Below are positions 45,054 to 53,838 of a stretch of DNA of 64,000 bases, piece by piece. The stretch covers positions 2,069 through 66,068 of the forward strand of contig DATHNL010000072.1 in NCBI GenBank assembly GCA_035486035.1, in the 5' to 3' direction. The translations under genes and the position numbers were made by a program. The notes under the pieces are model-generated. The model worked only from the letters and a program-made list of their open reading frames with translations. It made no database searches and was not told where the DNA came from. The DNA is from Gemmatimonadaceae bacterium (GTDB lineage Bacteria > Gemmatimonadota > Gemmatimonadetes > Gemmatimonadales > Gemmatimonadaceae). The stretch's first letter is position 1, and each line of letters opens with the position of its first letter.

Positions 45054-46430
45054 ATGAACGGTAAAGGTTGGTCGCCGGAAGAGGTGCGTCGCGTCGGTGC
45101 CAAAGTCGTCGATCTCATTGCCCGCTATTTGGAGCAGCTCGGCGACGGACCCGTATGGAAACCGGTGCCACGGAAGCTCGTCGAGGCCTGGCAGCATGCG
45201 CCGCTGCCGACCGCCTGTCAATCGAGCGACGACATCCTCGACACGTTCGCCCGTGACATTGCGCCGTACCCATTTGGTAATGGGCATCCACGTTTCTTCG
45301 GCTGGGTGAACTCGCCGCCCACCGAGATCGGGATTTTCGCCGACGCGCTCGCGGCCGCGATGAATCCCAGCGTCGCTGGCGGTGATCATGCCGCCGTCTA
45401 CGTCGAGCGGCAAGTCGTTCGCTGGTTCGCCGAGATGCTCGCCTTTCCGGCGGGCGCCATGGGGTTGCTCGTGAGCGGCAGCTCGGTCGCCGCGCTCACC
45501 GGCCTCGCGGTTGCACGCATGCAGGCGTGCCGACGACTCGGGCACGACGTTCGCGCCGATGGGCTGCCACGCGTCACGCTTCGCGTGTACGCGACGGCCG
45601 AAGCGCACTCGTGCCATACGAAGGCTATCGAGTTACTTGGCCTCGGTCGCAAGGCGATGCGTGTGGTGCCATCTGACAACGCCCTACGTGCCAGGCCTGA
45701 TGACCTCGAAGCGATGATCCGAGAGGACAAGGCCGCCGGTCATCAACCCATGGCCGTCATTGCCAGCGCAGGCACGGTCAACACGGGGGCCATCGATCCG
45801 CTTGACAGCCTCGCCGACATCTGTGCCCGACACGGAGTGTGGCTTCATGTCGATGGCGCGTACGGCGCGCCGGCAGTGCTCACGGAGACGTATGCGACGG
45901 CTTTGAGAGCCATCAATAGGGCCGATAGTCTCGCCGTGGATCCGCACAAATGGTTGTCGGTGCCCGTCGAGAGTGGTCTTGTTCTGGTGCGCGATGCCGA
46001 CTTGATGCGCGATACGTTCAGCCTCGTGCCACCATATTTGCGCACCGACGACGAGCCGTGGCTCAGCGAGTACGGCATCCAACAGACGAGAGGATTTCGC
46101 GCGCTCAAGACGTGGATGGCGCTACGATATCATGGCGTCGAGGGCTACGCGCAACGGATCGCGCACGACTGCGCGCTGGCCGGGCGGCTGGCCGAGTTGG
46201 TTCGCGCGCGGCCGGACCTCGAGTTATGGGAGCCTACCTCGCTGAGCATCGTGTGCTTCCGGCTCACAGGCAGCGACGAGCACAATCGTGCCGTGCTGCG
46301 TGATATCCAGCATGGCGGGAAAGCGTTCGTGTCGAGTACCATCCTCGACGGCCGATTCTGGCTCCGCGCCTGCTTCGTGAATCATCTGACGACTCTAGAC
46401 GATATTGATGTTCTGATGCGAGCCATATGA
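45054..46430 (+). CDS. Group II pyridoxal-phosphate-dependent decarboxylase
   Basis: LAVDPHKWLSVPVESG (PLP-lysine motif), HVDGAYGA and the overall DDC/GAD/HDC family layout. Confidence 0.92.
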   Translation: MNGKGWSPEEVRRVGAKVVDLIARYLEQLGDGPVWKPVPRKLVEAWQHAPLPTACQSSDDILDTFARDIAPYPFGNGHPRFFGWVNSPPTEIGIFADALAAAMNPSVAGGDHAAVYVERQVVRWFAEMLAFPAGAMGLLVSGSSVAALTGLAVARMQACRRLGHDVRADGLPRVTLRVYATAEAHSCHTKAIELLGLGRKAMRVVPSDNALRARPDDLEAMIREDKAAGHQPMAVIASAGTVNTGAIDPLDSLADICARHGVWLHVDGAYGAPAVLTETYATALRAINRADSLAVDPHKWLSVPVESGLVLVRDADLMRDTFSLVPPYLRTDDEPWLSEYGIQQTRGFRALKTWMALRYHGVEGYAQRIAHDCALAGRLAELVRARPDLELWEPTSLSIVCFRLTGSDEHNRAVLRDIQHGGKAFVSSTILDGRFWLRACFVNHLTTLDDIDVLMRAI

Positions 46431-47554
46431 AAGAACGGCTCGCGGTCGGGGTCAGCGGCATCTGTGCATTCTTGGATCTCTACGCCACACAGCCGCTCCT
46501 GCCGACCCTCGAACACCAGTTCAACGTCAGCAAGGCCGGCGCAAGCCTCACGGTGAGTGTGTCGACGGCGGCCGTCGCGCTGGCCGCCCCGTTCGTCGGA
46601 CTCGCGGCCGATCGACTCGGCCGGAAGCGCGTGATCGTGCCCGCGATGTTCGTGCTCGCCATTCCGACGATGCTCGCCGCGACCGCGCACACGCTGAGCG
46701 CGCTCGTTGTCTGGCGGTTTTTGCAAGGCCTGGTCATGCCAGCGGTGTTCGCCGTCATGATCGCGTATGTGACCGAGGAATTCGCGGGGCGCGGCGTTGG
46801 GGCCGCGATGGCGGCGCTCGTGACTGGAAATGTGCTCGGCGGATTCTCCGGACGGGTGATTGCCGGGCTGGTCGCGTCGGTCACTGACTGGCGCGTCGCG
46901 TTCGTTGTGCTCGGCGTCCTGAACGTCGTTGGTGCACTGGTCACCTGGGCATGGCTGCCAACGGAGCGAAATTTCACGCGACACACTGCGCCGTTCGCCA
47001 TCATGCCGCATCTCCGTAATCGGCGACTGGTGGCCACGTATGCTGTGGGATTTAGTGTGTTATTTTCGCTCGTCGCCACGTTCACCTACGTGAACTTTTA
47101 TCTGGCCGACCCACCCTTCTCGCTCGGCCCGGCGCTGCTGTCCAGCATCTTTGTCGTCTATCTCGTCGGTGTGTTCGTGACTCCGGTCGCGGGACAGTGG
47201 ATTGATCGATTTGGATCGAGAAAGACGCTGACCGGAGCATTGCTCATCTCGGCGGCCATCATGCCGCTGACCCTGACCCACAACCTCGCCCTCGTCGCGA
47301 TTGGCCTCGCCGTGTGCAGCTCGGCAGTCTTCGTCTGCCAATCCTCGTCGACGAGCTACCTCCAACACGCGGCGCCGCTGGCGACCCGGTCGTCGGCGGC
47401 TGGCCTGTACGTCGCCTTCTATTACCTCGGCGGGAGCGTCGGCGGAGAGCTGCCCGGGCTCCTGTGGCGATGGGCCGGGTGGCCCGGGTGCGTCGCCCTC
47501 GTCATCGGCGCCCAGCTCGTCACGATCGCCGTTGCGTGGCGCTTCTGGGCGTAG
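46427..47554 (+). CDS. MFS transporter
   Basis: About 12 TM segments. The MFS loop motif GLAADRLGRKRV lies between TM2 and TM3. ATGA overlap with the decarboxylase. Confidence 0.9.
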   Translation: MKERLAVGVSGICAFLDLYATQPLLPTLEHQFNVSKAGASLTVSVSTAAVALAAPFVGLAADRLGRKRVIVPAMFVLAIPTMLAATAHTLSALVVWRFLQGLVMPAVFAVMIAYVTEEFAGRGVGAAMAALVTGNVLGGFSGRVIAGLVASVTDWRVAFVVLGVLNVVGALVTWAWLPTERNFTRHTAPFAIMPHLRNRRLVATYAVGFSVLFSLVATFTYVNFYLADPPFSLGPALLSSIFVVYLVGVFVTPVAGQWIDRFGSRKTLTGALLISAAIMPLTLTHNLALVAIGLAVCSSAVFVCQSSSTSYLQHAAPLATRSSAAGLYVAFYYLGGSVGGELPGLLWRWAGWPGCVALVIGAQLVTIAVAWRFWA

Positions 47555-47568
47555 TAATCCTGCCTATC

Positions 47569-48777
47569 ATGTCGATTCGAGAACAATTCCCCGCGCTCGC
47601 GCGGTGCCACAATGGTCGGCCGGTCGCGTACTTCGACGGGCCGGGTGGAACCCAAGTGCCTCTCGCGGTCGGTCAGGCCATGACCGACTACCTGTACCAT
47701 CACAACGCCAACACCGATTGGGCGTATCCGTCGAGCGAAGAGACCGACGCGATGATACATGCGGCGCGCGAGGCGGTGGCGGACCTGCTCAACGCGTCGC
47801 CCTCCGAGGTCGTGTTCGGTGCGAACATGACCACGCTCACATTCCACGTTGCCCGCTCGCTCGGGCGCGGCTGGAAGGCCGGCGATGAGGTCATTGTCAC
47901 TGACCTCGATCACCAGGGCAATGTGGCGCCCTGGCGCGCCATCGAGCGCGAGCGCGGCATCACGATTCGCGTCGTTCCGTTCGATCCCGCGACTGGGGAG
48001 CTCGATCTGGCCGAGTTCGGCCGGCTGCTTTCGCCGCGCACGCGGTTGGTTGCCATCGGTGCGGCATCGAATGCGCTTGGCACCGTCAACGACGTTGCGG
48101 CCATCGCCAGGCTCGCTCGAAGCGCCGGGGCCCTCGTCTTTGTCGACGCAGTCCACTATGCGCCTCACGCAGTGATCGACGTCAAAGCCTGGGACTGCGA
48201 TTTTCTTGCGTGTTCGGCTTACAAATTCTACGGGCCGCATGTCGGGGTGCTCTATGGACGGAGACAGCTGCTACAAGACCTCGACGTGCCCAGGCTCGAG
48301 CCGGCGTCAAACGAGGCACCCGAGCGGCTCGAGACCGGAACCCTGAACCACGAGGGCATTGTCGGTACGCGTGCCGCTATCGACTTCCTCGCGTCCCTCG
48401 CTCAGACAGGGGCGACACGACGCCCGCGGCTGGTGGACGCGATGACTCGGTTGGATCGGGAAGGGCAAACGCTGGTGGCCAGATTGTGGAACGGCCTGGC
48501 CCAGCTACCGTGTGTGCGACTATTTGGGCCGCCTCCGGGGCGACCGCGGACCGCCACGCTCTCCTTCGCGTACCGTCATATGCTCCCGCGGACGGTGGCC
48601 GAGCGGCTGGCCGAGTCGGCGATATTCGCGTCGAGCGGGGACTTCTATGCCTCGACGGTGATCGCCCGGGTCGGACACGCTCCGGAAGGCCTGGTTCGAG
48701 CCGGCTGCGCGTGCTACACGACCGCGGAGGAGGTCGACCGGTTCATCGCCGCGATCGCGGGCCTGTCACGCCTGTGA
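47569..48777 (+). CDS. Class V aminotransferase, cysteine-desulfurase-like family
   Basis: Start MSIREQFPAL...YFDGPGGTQVP at 47569. DLDHQGNV. PLP-lysine motif CSAYKFYGPHVG. Confidence 0.9.
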   Translation: MSIREQFPALARCHNGRPVAYFDGPGGTQVPLAVGQAMTDYLYHHNANTDWAYPSSEETDAMIHAAREAVADLLNASPSEVVFGANMTTLTFHVARSLGRGWKAGDEVIVTDLDHQGNVAPWRAIERERGITIRVVPFDPATGELDLAEFGRLLSPRTRLVAIGAASNALGTVNDVAAIARLARSAGALVFVDAVHYAPHAVIDVKAWDCDFLACSAYKFYGPHVGVLYGRRQLLQDLDVPRLEPASNEAPERLETGTLNHEGIVGTRAAIDFLASLAQTGATRRPRLVDAMTRLDREGQTLVARLWNGLAQLPCVRLFGPPPGRPRTATLSFAYRHMLPRTVAERLAESAIFASSGDFYASTVIARVGHAPEGLVRAGCACYTTAEEVDRFIAAIAGLSRL

Positions 48778-48807
48778 CCTGAGCGGCCCGGGTAGCGTAT
48801 ACAGGGT

Positions 48808-50262
48808 ATGCGCCGCCACGTTCTGGTCCTCATGGTGGGAGCCGCGGCTTGCCGGCCAAGTGAGGCGGCGCCGATCGACGACCATGATAATCCGGCGGTC
48901 GTTGCGGCGGTCCGGGCGATGGCCATCGGCGAGACCGCGCACCTGCTCACGACCGACCGGCGGCCCGGCAGCGCGGCGGACTCGCTGCGCGGCGACGAGC
49001 TGGTGGTCGCCATTCGCGACGCGATCGGCAAGTACGCGACGCCCGACCTCGCGGCGCGCGACGGGTATCGGGAGCTCCATGACGGCGATACCACGGCGAG
49101 GGCCATTGTTCACGTGTTCAACTGGCGCTACGCGATAGAAGAAGCCGTCCGTTTCAATCCCGCCAAGCCCGCGGCGCTCATCTATCGTCGGGGCAGGAAT
49201 GGATATCGGCTGCTCGGCGCCACGTATATGGCACCCGGTGCGAGCACTGAGGAGGTACTGGATCAGCGCGTGCCGTTGAGCGTTGCGCAGTGGCACCAGC
49301 ATGTGGATTTGTGCGTGCCCAAGCCGGACGACACCGCGAGGTGGTCGGAGGTGGGGGCGGACGGTAAGCCTGTCTTCGGGCCTGAGAGCGCTATTGATAC
49401 CCAAGCCGCCTGCGACGCTGTCGCCGGCGTGTTCAAGCCGAGGGTATTCGGGTGGATGCTCGAGGCTCGGGTCTTCGTCTCCGACAATCCCGATTCGATA
49501 TGGGGCGCAGCGCCCGCTGCGCGGGCGACCGTGGACTCGATGGTCGCCGTCGCACAGAAGCCCGAGCCGCCGAAGCCAGCGGCACCGAAACCGGCGGGAT
49601 TCGAGAAGGGCACTGTGACAAGTGACAACGTGCCGGTCAGCTGGGAACGTTTCGAGGCAGTCAGCAAGTCCCACGGACCGCACCCGGCGCTGATCCTGTT
49701 GCATGGCGCCGGCGGCGTCCCGGCCGAGGACTCTGTGCTCAAGGAGGCCGCAAAGAAGCTGGCCGCTCACGGGTACGTCGTCGAGATCCTGCAGTACTTC
49801 GACCGCACGAAGACCATCGTCGCGGATGTCGGCGACCAGCGCGCGGACTTCGGCCAGTGGATGCGTTCGCTCGGCGACGCGATCACGCAGCTCCAGACAG
49901 CGCCCGGCGTGGACTCGACGAAGATCGGGCTCGTCGGCATCAACGTCGGCGCGGCGCTCGCGCTCCATCGAGCGCAGATCGACAAACGCGTCAAGGCGGT
50001 CGTCGATTATTTCGGCGTGTATCGCGTGCGCGACCCCGCGAACGCCGGTAAGCTGCCGCCGGTGCTGATCGTCGGCGGCGAGGCAAGCACATTCGTGCCC
50101 ATCGCCGAAGCCCGGCGATTGGATGCGATGCTGACGAAGTACAATGTGCCGCACGAGACGGACGTGTACCCCGGCTCGCCGAATGGCCTCACGCCGGCCG
50201 AGAGCCAGCAAGCGGCGGAGCATGTGATAGATTTCCTGCGGAGATACTTGCCGCCGGGGTAA
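48808..50262 (+). CDS. Secreted two-domain protein: unknown N-terminal domain plus a dienelactone-hydrolase-like domain that is apparently non-catalytic
   Basis: Signal/lipoprotein-like MRRHVLVLMVGAAAC. DLH-like LILLHGAGGV. The nucleophile elbow reads GLVGINVGAA (Asn where Ser/Cys is expected). The C-terminus reads YPGSPNGL where HGF is expected. Confidence 0.75.
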   Translation: MRRHVLVLMVGAAACRPSEAAPIDDHDNPAVVAAVRAMAIGETAHLLTTDRRPGSAADSLRGDELVVAIRDAIGKYATPDLAARDGYRELHDGDTTARAIVHVFNWRYAIEEAVRFNPAKPAALIYRRGRNGYRLLGATYMAPGASTEEVLDQRVPLSVAQWHQHVDLCVPKPDDTARWSEVGADGKPVFGPESAIDTQAACDAVAGVFKPRVFGWMLEARVFVSDNPDSIWGAAPAARATVDSMVAVAQKPEPPKPAAPKPAGFEKGTVTSDNVPVSWERFEAVSKSHGPHPALILLHGAGGVPAEDSVLKEAAKKLAAHGYVVEILQYFDRTKTIVADVGDQRADFGQWMRSLGDAITQLQTAPGVDSTKIGLVGINVGAALALHRAQIDKRVKAVVDYFGVYRVRDPANAGKLPPVLIVGGEASTFVPIAEARRLDAMLTKYNVPHETDVYPGSPNGLTPAESQQAAEHVIDFLRRYLPPG

Positions 50263-50263
50263 C

Positions 50264-50779
50264 ATGAGTCTCGTGGACGAAGCGCTGGCTGTGTGGGAAG
50301 CGACCCGGAACGGGGTCATCGCTGAGATCGATCTCGCCCCCGAGGATCAGCTCGACTACCGGCCCGACGCGCAAGCTCGGTCGATTCGCGAGATCGGCCA
50401 ACACGTCGCCGAGCACGGCATCGCGTTCACGAACGAGTTGCTCGCTCCCGAGTGCAACTTCGGGAATCTCTTCAAGCCTGCCGTGATGGACGCCGTGCGC
50501 GCCGCGTTGCCGCGCGTGCGCACCAAGAGCGAGCTTCTCGCGTTATTGCGTGAGTCAGGAGCGGATGTGCGGGGGCGGATTCGTGAGCACGGGGACGCGC
50601 TGATCACGGACACGCAGCCAAGCCGACTGGTTCCCTCGGGTAGGATGAGTCGCTTATCCGGCCTGTGGTTCGTGATCAACCACGAGTCGCACCATCGGGG
50701 CCAACTCACCGCGTATCTCCGCGGCGCCGGCGTCGTCCCGGCGCTGACGCGGCAGCTAATGGCGCAACAGAATCGCTAG
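50264..50779 (+). CDS. DinB-family protein
   Basis: YRPDAQARSIREIGQHV...HESHHRGQLTAYLR. Confidence 0.85.
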   Translation: MSLVDEALAVWEATRNGVIAEIDLAPEDQLDYRPDAQARSIREIGQHVAEHGIAFTNELLAPECNFGNLFKPAVMDAVRAALPRVRTKSELLALLRESGADVRGRIREHGDALITDTQPSRLVPSGRMSRLSGLWFVINHESHHRGQLTAYLRGAGVVPALTRQLMAQQNR

Positions 50780-51850
50780 CACGATCTCGAGCATAATCAG
50801 CACGACGATCAACAGCTCGAGGGCCTCTGAGCGCGCCGCCTGCGACTCGGCGTTGAGCATGTCGTACGTCTCGCGGATGATCGAGAGCTTGCGGTCGATG
50901 GCGGCCCGCCACTCGCGTCCACGGAAGATCTCGAGCGCGGCCGTATAGATCCGCGCGAGATAGACGTCGTCCGTGACCTTGAGCGCGCTCTCCACGCGCT
51001 CGACCAGCTCCGTCGAATCGGCGACGAGCGCTTGCATGTAGGAGAGCAGGCGCGCGTAGCGACCGCGCAGCAGGCCCGCACCCCGCGGCCGCGCGACGGC
51101 CACGCGATCGTACATCCGCGGTAGCTCAGCGTCCAGGATCGCGTCGTAAACACGTAGTTCGAGTAACTGCGCGTTCGCGAATTCGAGAATGTATTGGACA
51201 TCGGCATCATCCGCCGATGGCTCGACGATGAGCGCGTTGTCCCACGTCAGGATGGTCAGGTCATCGGTGTAGTACGAGAATCGATGAGGCAACAACTCAC
51301 TGCGCGCGGTATCGGACAGGGCGCGACGTTCATTCAAGAGCAGCGGGACGATATTCTCGTCGCGCCACGTATCCGGGCTCAGGCGCGACGTGATGCGAAA
51401 GACGACGTAGTCTTCGGTGACCTTCTTGACCTCCTGTCGCTCGACCGCCGGCCCGATGCAGGCGAGCAGCGACGCCAGCTGGCGGTCGAATATCGGCGTC
51501 AGGTCGATTCCCACGTCCACCGCATTGCCGAACGCCGTGAACTCGGCCCACGTCATCTCGGCGGCGGGGATCGTGATCCGCAGCGAGACGACGCCGAAGT
51601 CGAAGATCCTCGCCGAGACCTCCGCCGGACCCGAGGCGCCGGGAACCCCCAGCGACTCGGCGCCGAGCGCCACCGTGATCGGAGGGTTCGCGATCTGAAT
51701 CGCTTGGGCCTCGCCACGCACCGGTCGCACACGCAACGGCTCGCCCGCATCGCGCGCCGCGGTGAGCAGCTCGGCCGCGCGATTGAGATCGATCTCGAAG
51801 CCCACATCATAGAGACGGTAGACGATGGCCGCGCCACGTGTGCTCGTCAT
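50756..51850 (-). CDS. RMD1/DUF155-like protein with a C-terminal TM helix (tentative family call)
   Basis: RIFDFGVVSLRITIP core and a C-terminal LELLIVVLIMLEIVLAILL helix. The start is at 51850 or 51871. Confidence 0.6.
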   Translation of the reverse strand: MTSTRGAAIVYRLYDVGFEIDLNRAAELLTAARDAGEPLRVRPVRGEAQAIQIANPPITVALGAESLGVPGASGPAEVSARIFDFGVVSLRITIPAAEMTWAEFTAFGNAVDVGIDLTPIFDRQLASLLACIGPAVERQEVKKVTEDYVVFRITSRLSPDTWRDENIVPLLLNERRALSDTARSELLPHRFSYYTDDLTILTWDNALIVEPSADDADVQYILEFANAQLLELRVYDAILDAELPRMYDRVAVARPRGAGLLRGRYARLLSYMQALVADSTELVERVESALKVTDDVYLARIYTAALEIFRGREWRAAIDRKLSIIRETYDMLNAESQAARSEALELLIVVLIMLEIVLAILLRH

Positions 51851-51869
51851 GGAGCCAATATACCTTTCC

Positions 51870-53057
51870 ATGGTGCAGCGTATAGTCGCGTTCGTGAAAT
51901 GGGCGGCGCTGGTCGTGATCGGGGTCCCGCTGGGGGTCGCGATCGCGCCGTATGCGATTGGTCCCGTATATCGCTTTCCAACACCAGCCCCGTTCAGCGG
52001 CACGGCTTTTTATAATCCGTACGCCGATGCCCCCGCTGGCGCGCACTGGCGGACCGCGAACTTCCACGCGCACGGCCGGGCGTGGGGTGGGCTCACCGAG
52101 GGGCGCCAAACAGACAGCGCCATCGTCGATTACTACTATAACAAATTGGGCTACGACGTTGCGGGCGTATCGGATTACCTGCACATCGATCACCATCGGA
52201 CCGATTCGTCGTTCGTGCCCGTGTACGAGCACGGGGTCAATGCGCTCAAGACCCATCTCTTGGGGATCAACGCGCGGCATGTCGTCTGGTTCGACTTTCC
52301 GCTGCCCCAATCGCGCTCGGAGAAACAGTACGTCATTGATCGAGTCGCCGGCGACGCGTCATTGGTCGCGCTCGCGCATCCCGCGTTACGCGGCGGGTAT
52401 TCGCGAGACGATCTCGCCTATCTGACGCACTATCAGCTCTTCGAAGTGCTCAACCACTTCGTGGTCTCGGACTCGCTGTGGGATGTCGCGCTCTCGACCG
52501 GGCACGCCGTCTGGGCGATCGGCAGTGACGACTCGCACAACATCACGGACGCCGGGCAGACTGGCGCGATGTGGACGGAAATTCTGACGCCGAGCACGAG
52601 AGCCGCCGATGTCGTTGAGGCGCTCAAAGCTGGGCGGACCTATGCGGTTGCTGGACATCAAGCGAGAAGCGACGCGCATCCGGAACAGATTGCGGTTCGC
52701 GGTGATACACTCACCGTGACCTGTGAGGGACCCGTGTCGCGCATTGACTTCATCGGGCAAGGTGGCCGATTGCTCGCCCGGACGTTCGGTGTCGAGTCGG
52801 CATCGTATACCATCCAGCCCGGTGATGCCTATGTGCGCACGGTGATCTCGACACCCCATACGCTCATGTTCTTGAATCCGATCGTGCGATATGATGGCAA
52901 GAAGGTGGCGCGGCCCGTCGCCATGCTCGATGGCCCGAAGACCTGGGCGCTCCGCTCCAGTATTCTGGTGACGGCCGTGATGTTGATCTGGCTCGCGCTC
53001 GCGCGGAGGCGCTTCGCGCTCCGTCGCCGGCTACGCCCCGAGCCCGCGTTGGCCTGA
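51870..53057 (+). CDS. Membrane-anchored hypothetical protein, possibly a PHP-family metal-dependent phosphoesterase
   Basis: N- and C-terminal TM helices. His-rich motifs NFHAHG, YEHGVN, LAHPALR and GSDDSHN are reminiscent of PHP domains. The start is ambiguous (51825, 51849 or 51870). Confidence 0.55.
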   Translation: MVQRIVAFVKWAALVVIGVPLGVAIAPYAIGPVYRFPTPAPFSGTAFYNPYADAPAGAHWRTANFHAHGRAWGGLTEGRQTDSAIVDYYYNKLGYDVAGVSDYLHIDHHRTDSSFVPVYEHGVNALKTHLLGINARHVVWFDFPLPQSRSEKQYVIDRVAGDASLVALAHPALRGGYSRDDLAYLTHYQLFEVLNHFVVSDSLWDVALSTGHAVWAIGSDDSHNITDAGQTGAMWTEILTPSTRAADVVEALKAGRTYAVAGHQARSDAHPEQIAVRGDTLTVTCEGPVSRIDFIGQGGRLLARTFGVESASYTIQPGDAYVRTVISTPHTLMFLNPIVRYDGKKVARPVAMLDGPKTWALRSSILVTAVMLIWLALARRRFALRRRLRPEPALA

Positions 53058-53058
53058 C

Positions 53059-53832
53059 GTGCGGTTTTCCCTCATCGCCGGTCTCGCGCTCGCGGCGCAG
53101 ACCGTGGCGGCGCAGACGGACCCGGTCCCGTTCAAAGCAGGGGAACGCTTCTCGTACAACGTGAAGTTCGGCTCACTTCGCGTCGGGAGCGCGACGCTCG
53201 CGTTGACGGGGAGCGATACGGCGCACGGCAAATCGGTCCTGCATGTCTTGTTCGCTGTGCAGGGCAGCGCGCTGTTGTACCATGTGAACGACACGACGGA
53301 AAGTTGGTTCGATCCGTCGACGATGACGTCGTACCGATTCTGGCAGGACGTCAACGAAGGCGGGCATCACGTGCATCGGCGATTCGAGTTCTACCCCGAG
53401 TCGCAGACGATGCAGCAAGAAGGGAAGCAGCCCGAGCCCTCGGTCTCAAACCCGTTGGACGACGCGACGTTTTTGTATTTCGTTCGCACGCAGCCACTCG
53501 TGGTAGGGCAAACCTATTCGTACGACCGGTATTTCCGGCCGAAGATCAACCCGGTTGTGCTCAAAGTCCTCCGCAAGGAAAAAGTCACCGTGCCGGCCGG
53601 CACGTTCGACGCGATCGTCGTGCAGCCGATCTTCAAGACGCCGGGGATTTTTTCAGAGGGTGGGCACGCCGAGGTGTGGGTCTCGGACGATGCGACGCGA
53701 GCGGTGCTGCAGATCAAATCGAAGCTGTCGTTCGGCTCGCTGAATCTCTACCTGCGTACGATGGGCACGGGCCCAGAGACCGCCGCGGACACGGCGGCGA
53801 CGAAAGAGGACTCGTCGCCGCCGCGCCCGTAG
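53059..53832 (+). CDS. DUF3108-domain secreted protein
   Basis: Signal peptide. GERFSYNVKFGSLRVGSATLAL...GTFDAIVVQP...WVSDD pattern. GTG start 1 nt after the upstream stop. Confidence 0.8.
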   Translation: MRFSLIAGLALAAQTVAAQTDPVPFKAGERFSYNVKFGSLRVGSATLALTGSDTAHGKSVLHVLFAVQGSALLYHVNDTTESWFDPSTMTSYRFWQDVNEGGHHVHRRFEFYPESQTMQQEGKQPEPSVSNPLDDATFLYFVRTQPLVVGQTYSYDRYFRPKINPVVLKVLRKEKVTVPAGTFDAIVVQPIFKTPGIFSEGGHAEVWVSDDATRAVLQIKSKLSFGSLNLYLRTMGTGPETAADTAATKEDSSPPRP

Positions 53833-53838
53833 CGCGTA

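Noticed and set aside
48766-50319. A 517-aa ORF on the minus strand.
   Set aside because: It is antisense to the secreted DLH-like protein gene. It has an Arg/His/Asp-rich composition and no motifs. It is a shadow ORF.
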